Shown: positions 59,813-64,000 of the stretch, piece by piece
How the letters are laid out: each line of letters starts with the position of its first letter
Position numbering within the stretch: position 1 is the stretch's first letter
Source: a virus
Taxonomy: Duplodnaviria; Caudoviricetes
IMG/VR virus record: IMGVR_UViG_3300037067_027602
Location: 92,498 to 156,497 of that record
Length of the DNA: 64,000 bases
Strand: one strand, 5' to 3'
Notes under the pieces: generated by a model
Told to the model about the DNA's origin: nothing
Databases searched by the model: none
Seen by the model: only the letters and a program-made list of their open reading frames with translations
Position numbers and translations under genes: made by a program

Positions 59813-60106
59813 ATGCCAAGGGCGAAGAGGCAACAGCAGGCCGCCCCGGAGGGGCAAGCCAGACCCGTAGAACCGGTCGAGACGACCAAACCGGCCGCGC
59901 CGGCCGAACCCATGGAGCCCATGGAAACCGCCCCCCCTGTGGAGGCCCCGGCGAAAGAGCCATCCATGGAGCCCGCGGCTCCGTCCGCCCCTCCCCCCGC
60001 GGAGGGGAAAGTCTGGCGCCGCTGCTCGGCCTGTTTGGAGAGGCATCTCGCCGCCCCCTCCTCGCCGTGCCCCAGGTGCGGGGCCAACACGTTCCGCAGG
60101 GGTTAG
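59813..60106 (+). CDS. Pro/Glu-rich protein with C-terminal Zn ribbon
   Basis: CSAC...CPRCG. Confidence 0.55.
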   Translation: MPRAKRQQQAAPEGQARPVEPVETTKPAAPAEPMEPMETAPPVEAPAKEPSMEPAAPSAPPPAEGKVWRRCSACLERHLAAPSSPCPRCGANTFRRG

Positions 60107-60109
60107 GCC

Positions 60110-60688
60110 ATGCCGGGGGGCAGGGTCTGGACCGAGGGGGAGCTGGAGAGGCCCGACCAATGGATGTTCGCGGACGAGTCGTTCGCCGCCGCCATGGCCG
60201 CCAAGCTCACGCCGATAGCCTTGAGGGTCGCCCAGTCGATGCGGGGGCTCAGGCCGCACGAGAGGGAGGACCTGCGCCGCGACCTGGTGTCGTCGATGTG
60301 GGTCTCCGCCCCGCGCTACGACAAGTCCAAGGCGTCGTTCTTCGCGTTCGCCAAGGTCTGCATGTTCCACCGGGCGGTCGACTTCGCCGAGGCGGGCAGG
60401 CGCAGGGCGAGGGCGCCGGAGGCCTTCAGGGGCTTCCTGGAGCTGACGCTGCGCCGCCCCGGCGCCGAGGCCGAGGCCTGGGGGGAGGCCGTGGACATGG
60501 CGTGCTCCTCGGGCGTCACGGAGAGGGGCGCCAGGATATTGGCGGCGTACATGGCCGACCCCGGGATGAGCAAGCTGGAGGCAGCGGCCGCCGCCGGGAT
60601 GGGCAGGAAGTCGATGGCCACGGCCGTCATGGCCCTCAGGGAGGCCAGGGGGCGGAGCAGGAGGTCGCGCCATGGCGGGCCGCAGTAA
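60110..60688 (+). CDS. Phage sigma-factor-like protein
   Basis: EREDL...WVSAPRYDKSKASFFAFAKVCM...AVD (sigma region 2) plus a C-terminal HTH-like region. Confidence 0.6.
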   Translation: MPGGRVWTEGELERPDQWMFADESFAAAMAAKLTPIALRVAQSMRGLRPHEREDLRRDLVSSMWVSAPRYDKSKASFFAFAKVCMFHRAVDFAEAGRRRARAPEAFRGFLELTLRRPGAEAEAWGEAVDMACSSGVTERGARILAAYMADPGMSKLEAAAAAGMGRKSMATAVMALREARGRSRRSRHGGPQ

Positions 60689-61187
60689 GGCCGCTCCGCC
60701 GGCCCCATGCCGGGAGCCGGGGGGAGGGGGAGAAATCGAAGGAGGGGCCGTCTCCGGCCATTTCCCGGCCGTCCTGGGCCGGCACCTGCTGCCGGAGCTG
60801 CCCGTGGACCCAGCCGGGGCGCCGCCGCGCCTGACGCCGTCGCATTGCGCCGCCGCGTTCCCGGAGGCCGAGAAGGCCGCCTACGCCGAGTGCCTGTCGG
60901 AGTGGCTGCGCCGCGACCCGGGCATCGCCTCGGACACGGCCGCCCTGTCCGCGCTGAGGGAGCTGTCCATCGAGGAGGCCCTGATGCGCCGGCTGCTGCT
61001 CTCCGCCAAGCTGGACGGGGACGCCTGGGGGAAGGCCTCCATGCGCAGGGCGAGGCTGAGGGCGGAGATTTCCTCCTCCAGGAAAAACCGGCAGGACCCG
61101 CCGCCCAGGCCGGAGATCGGGGTGTCCGCCCCCTCGGACGTGGACGACGACTTCCCCATGGCGCCGAAAATGGCCGCCGCGGGGTAA
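60672..61187 (+). CDS. Hypothetical helical protein, possible terminase small subunit
   Basis: LRELSIEEALMRRL...ISSSRKNR helical pattern; the assignment is speculative. Confidence 0.3.
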   Translation: MAGRSKAAPPAPCREPGGGGEIEGGAVSGHFPAVLGRHLLPELPVDPAGAPPRLTPSHCAAAFPEAEKAAYAECLSEWLRRDPGIASDTAALSALRELSIEEALMRRLLLSAKLDGDAWGKASMRRARLRAEISSSRKNRQDPPPRPEIGVSAPSDVDDDFPMAPKMAAAG

Positions 61188-61247
61188 ACTTTGGTCGAGG
61201 GGCGAACAGCGCCCGCAGTTTAAACCAAGGATAAAGGAGATTTGGGA

Positions 61248-61760
61248 ATGTCCACCGCGCCGACTGTCACTTTCTACCCGGTGACGGACAACGGCGGATC
61301 CCCCCAGAGGGGCTCCGCGATAACCGTCCTGGACTTCGGGTCGGTGCAGGCCGGCAGGCTGTCCGCCGCCAAGGCTTTCCAGGTGTGCTACGCCGGCGAG
61401 GCCGGCCTGGTGGTCGAGAACCAGAAGATCTGGCTCAACGACACCGTCGCCACCGGCGGCAACACCGACGTCTCGCAGGCAAACGGCTGGGACCACTTCA
61501 TGTCGATCGACGACTCGTGGTTCAACCCGCTGGCCAGCGGCATCACCGACGCCGTGAAGGCCGGGGCGGCCAACCCGCTCGGCAACAACTTCGTCAGGAC
61601 GCCGGAGTCCGAGCCGGCGTCGAGCAACTTCGTCAACGCCAGCGTGTCGGGGGCTTTGTGCTACTCCGACTACGTCTACACCTGCGTCCGGCCGCCGTCC
61701 GACGCCGGGGCCGGGGTCACCGAGAACTGGGGATGGCGGGCGAGCTTCACGTACTACTAA
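61248..61760 (+). CDS. Putative virion structural protein
   Basis: Beta-rich (LDFGSVQAG...WRASFTYY) with an AAAGGAG RBS. Confidence 0.55.
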   Translation: MSTAPTVTFYPVTDNGGSPQRGSAITVLDFGSVQAGRLSAAKAFQVCYAGEAGLVVENQKIWLNDTVATGGNTDVSQANGWDHFMSIDDSWFNPLASGITDAVKAGAANPLGNNFVRTPESEPASSNFVNASVSGALCYSDYVYTCVRPPSDAGAGVTENWGWRASFTYY

Positions 61761-61801
61761 AAAAAACACCCCAGGATACAACCGGGGGGAAAGGCAATCC
61801 A

Positions 61802-62383
61802 ATGCCGCAAAAAAAAGACCCGTACGCCAGGGCCGTCCACTGGGAGTTGTCGCTCGCCGGGGGGACGAGGCTGTCCGAGCTCGACGGGGGGTGGCGCGAG
61901 CTGGCCGTCCCGAGGCTGGCGGAGGCCCGGTTGCTGGAGCTCGTCGCCGGGAACGGCTCCCGCTGGGGCGTGGACCTGCTGCTCGGGAGGTTTATGATAG
62001 GGGGCATGGCGGTGGAGCCGTGCAAGGAGGTGGATGCCAGGACGTTCTCGTTCTCCGGCATGCCGGACGCCGGGTACAACCTGGGGGCGTCGCAATACAA
62101 GCTTTCCCGCGAGGTGGTCGTGTCCAGGATGGAGCTGGAGGACAACCCGGGCGGGATCGTGAAGCTTACCCCGTTCGACCCTCCCGTCAGCCATTCCATA
62201 GGTTTCAAGGTGCCCGTGCCGCCATGGGCGTGCCGCTACGAGCGCAGGGGTTTCCCGGCGCGCGTGTCGAAATGCCACGCCATGCTCACCGTGATGGCCG
62301 CCGACCTCTCGTGCCGGCTGTCGGTGTCGCTCGTGGAGGAGACCACCATGCCGGACGGCTCGGTCCGGTCGAACAGGTTGTAG
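61802..62383 (+). CDS. Hypothetical protein
   Basis: Start at ATG 61802 (MPQKKDPY). Confidence 0.5.
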   Translation: MPQKKDPYARAVHWELSLAGGTRLSELDGGWRELAVPRLAEARLLELVAGNGSRWGVDLLLGRFMIGGMAVEPCKEVDARTFSFSGMPDAGYNLGASQYKLSREVVVSRMELEDNPGGIVKLTPFDPPVSHSIGFKVPVPPWACRYERRGFPARVSKCHAMLTVMAADLSCRLSVSLVEETTMPDGSVRSNRL

Positions 62384-62386
62384 CCC

Positions 62387-63403
62387 ATGGCGGACGAATA
62401 CAAAAGGATATCCGACCTACCGGAGGATGGCAGCCCGGTGGCCTCCGGGCTGCTGGAGCTGTCCCGGCCCACCGCGTCCGGGTACGAGTCGATGAAGGTC
62501 ACCGTGGCCGACCTGATGGCCATGTTCGGCGCCCCGGCCGTCCATTCCGCCGCCTTCACCGCGGCGTCGGCGTCCGGATACCTCTCGTGGGACGGAGACA
62601 CTCTCGTCCTCGCCCACGGATCCGATGGCATCGTGCCATGGGAGCTGCTCGACCAGGACGGGATGGAGGCCTCCGTGCCGCCCGCCCACGTCTCCGGGGA
62701 GCTCCTTTTCGACTTCTCCCTGTCCGGCGGGGCGTCCGGGATCATGGGCTCCGGCGAGTGGACCGTGAGGTGGATGGTGCCCGCCGCCGGAGAGGCGGGA
62801 TACGGCGGATACATGAGGAACCCGATGTCGGACGCGGGGGATCTTATCGTGGCGGGGGCGTCGGGGGTCCCCTCCAGGCTGGCGGCGGGGACGGATGGAC
62901 AAGTGCTTGCCATGGACGGCGACACCCCGCGCTGGGAAACCCCGGCGTCCGGCGCCGCGCCATTGGTGGCGGAGTTCAACGACACGAAGGGGGACGGAGT
63001 CCCTGGAGGCGGGTTCACCTCTGGTTCATGGGTGACGCGGACGCTGAACACCACGTTGCGCAACAACATATCTGGATGCTCGCTATCATCCAACGCGATA
63101 ACAGTTCCGGCGGGGACATACCACATCAGCGCCAGCGCGCCATCCTATAATGTCGGCACGAATAATATTCGCCTCTACAATGTCACCACATCCTCCGAGG
63201 CGGCGTCGGGCGTGACCTTTAACTGCCAGTCTGCATACTATGCGTCGGGGATGCCCACACTCGTCACCGTGTTAACTTTCGCCACTGAAACGACTTTGCG
63301 CATTGAGCATAAGTGTGAAGTCACGAAGACAACAAACGGTTTAGGGATTCCTGGGTACGGGAGCACCAACACTTATGCATACATTATGATAACAAAACTA
63401 TAG
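62387..63403 (+). CDS. Fibre-like virion protein
   Basis: KRISDLP; NPMSDAGDLIVAGASGVPSRLAAGTDGQVL fibre motif; C-terminal TRTLNT...ITVPAGTY beta-sandwich. Confidence 0.7.
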   Translation: MADEYKRISDLPEDGSPVASGLLELSRPTASGYESMKVTVADLMAMFGAPAVHSAAFTAASASGYLSWDGDTLVLAHGSDGIVPWELLDQDGMEASVPPAHVSGELLFDFSLSGGASGIMGSGEWTVRWMVPAAGEAGYGGYMRNPMSDAGDLIVAGASGVPSRLAAGTDGQVLAMDGDTPRWETPASGAAPLVAEFNDTKGDGVPGGGFTSGSWVTRTLNTTLRNNISGCSLSSNAITVPAGTYHISASAPSYNVGTNNIRLYNVTTSSEAASGVTFNCQSAYYASGMPTLVTVLTFATETTLRIEHKCEVTKTTNGLGIPGYGSTNTYAYIMITKL

Positions 63404-63410
63404 GGGCGCC

Positions 63411-63495
63411 ATGAAAAAGCTGATCGTCCTCGCCTTCCTCGCCGCCCTCGTGGCGGACGCCGCCCCCAACCCAAAAAACCTGGCTGTGAAGGAGG
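63411..63495 (+). pseudogene. 5' half of a small signal-peptide gene truncated by the IS607-like element
   Basis: MKKLIVLAFLAALVADAAPNPKNLAVKE, then the IS left end supplies GTT TAG. Confidence 0.55.
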
Positions 63496-63612
63496 TTTAG
63501 CTGTTAGCTGAAAATCTGGACGTTTCTGGACAATCTGTCCAATTTTACAAACCACTATTGACATTTGCAAAGAAGCATATATGTTAATAGGAATAGCAAA
63601 ACGGAGGCTACT

Positions 63613-63744
63613 ATGAAACGGATGGTCATACTGGTGGAGGACGAGCTCTTCTGGAAAATGAAGGCTCTCGCCGTGGAACGCAAGCAAACTGTCACGAAGA
63701 TCGTGACGGACGAGATCGAAAAACTGGTGGGCAAGAAGAAATGA
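63613..63744 (+). CDS. Ribbon-helix-helix (CopG-like) protein
   Basis: MKRMVILVEDELFWKMKALAVERKQTVTKIVTDEIEKLV; GGAGG RBS; TTGACA at 63558. Confidence 0.7.
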   Translation: MKRMVILVEDELFWKMKALAVERKQTVTKIVTDEIEKLVGKKK

Positions 63745-64000
63745 GAAAAATAGCGCACGGCGTGGTTTGGTTCGAGCCTTCCGTCGAACTTCGGGTGCTG
63801 GAGCTGATGAAGCTCCAGTGCTCCGCCGTGCGCTCCGCCTACCAAGCTTACCACAAGCATGACTTGACCGGCAACGACGTCAAGCTCCACGTCAAGAAAA
63901 ACTACTACCCCGAGCTGAACCAGCGATACGTCTCGGACGCTTGTTCCCTGGCGTCCGGGATGGTCTTCGATAACGCTTTGTTCGGCGGGAGGAAGCTGTG
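63741..64000 (+). CDS. tnpB: TnpB N-terminus (partial)
   Basis: MRKIAHGVVWFEP... is collinear with 16654..17922. Confidence 0.85.
   Translation, partial: MRKIAHGVVWFEPSVELRVLELMKLQCSAVRSAYQAYHKHDLTGNDVKLHVKKNYYPELNQRYVSDACSLASGMVFDNALFGGRKL

Larger units (their letters stand above)
63494..64000 (+). mobile_element. Second, non-autonomous IS607-like element (partial)
   Basis: Left end GGTTTAGCTGTTAGCTGAAAATCTGGACGTTTCTGGACAA is nearly identical to the reverse complement of 18648-18687; no tnpA. Confidence 0.8.

Overview
This is a 64 kb, GC-rich segment of a large tailed phage or prophage (Caudoviricetes). No bacterial housekeeping operon, rRNA, tRNA or CRISPR array was recognised. Layout: (1) 1-16.4 kb, minus strand: head morphogenesis (large FN3-repeat virion protein, terminase with two inteins, portal, protease-like and scaffold genes, decoration protein, HK97-type capsid, head-tail joining genes). 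(2) 16.6-18.7 kb: an IS607 element (TnpA serine recombinase plus TnpB). (3) 18.7-44.7 kb, minus strand: a long early/accessory region with about 35 small unknown ORFs, then a ubiquitin-like/E2/JAB cassette, a retron-type reverse transcriptase, a HEXXH protein, RuvB and a WYL-like protein. (4) 44.7-45.5 kb: a repeat-rich divergent switch region. (5) 45.5-63.4 kb: glycosyltransferase-like gene, fibre-like proteins with signal peptides, metallophosphoesterase, RdgC, dCMP deaminase, RecQ, two 5'-3' exonucleases, a PolA-palm protein, a sigma-like factor and more virion genes. (6) A second, non-autonomous IS607-like tnpB at the right edge. The main finding is a pair of tandem retron-like ncRNAs (27419-27520 and 27533-27718). 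They share one scaffold, carry different msd-like hairpins, and lie 4.3 kb upstream of the phage RT, with the Ubl-E2-JAB cassette in between. There is also junction-level evidence that the ~46 kb between the two inverted IS607 copies has been inverted. All product calls come from motif recognition by eye; no searches or folding programs were run.
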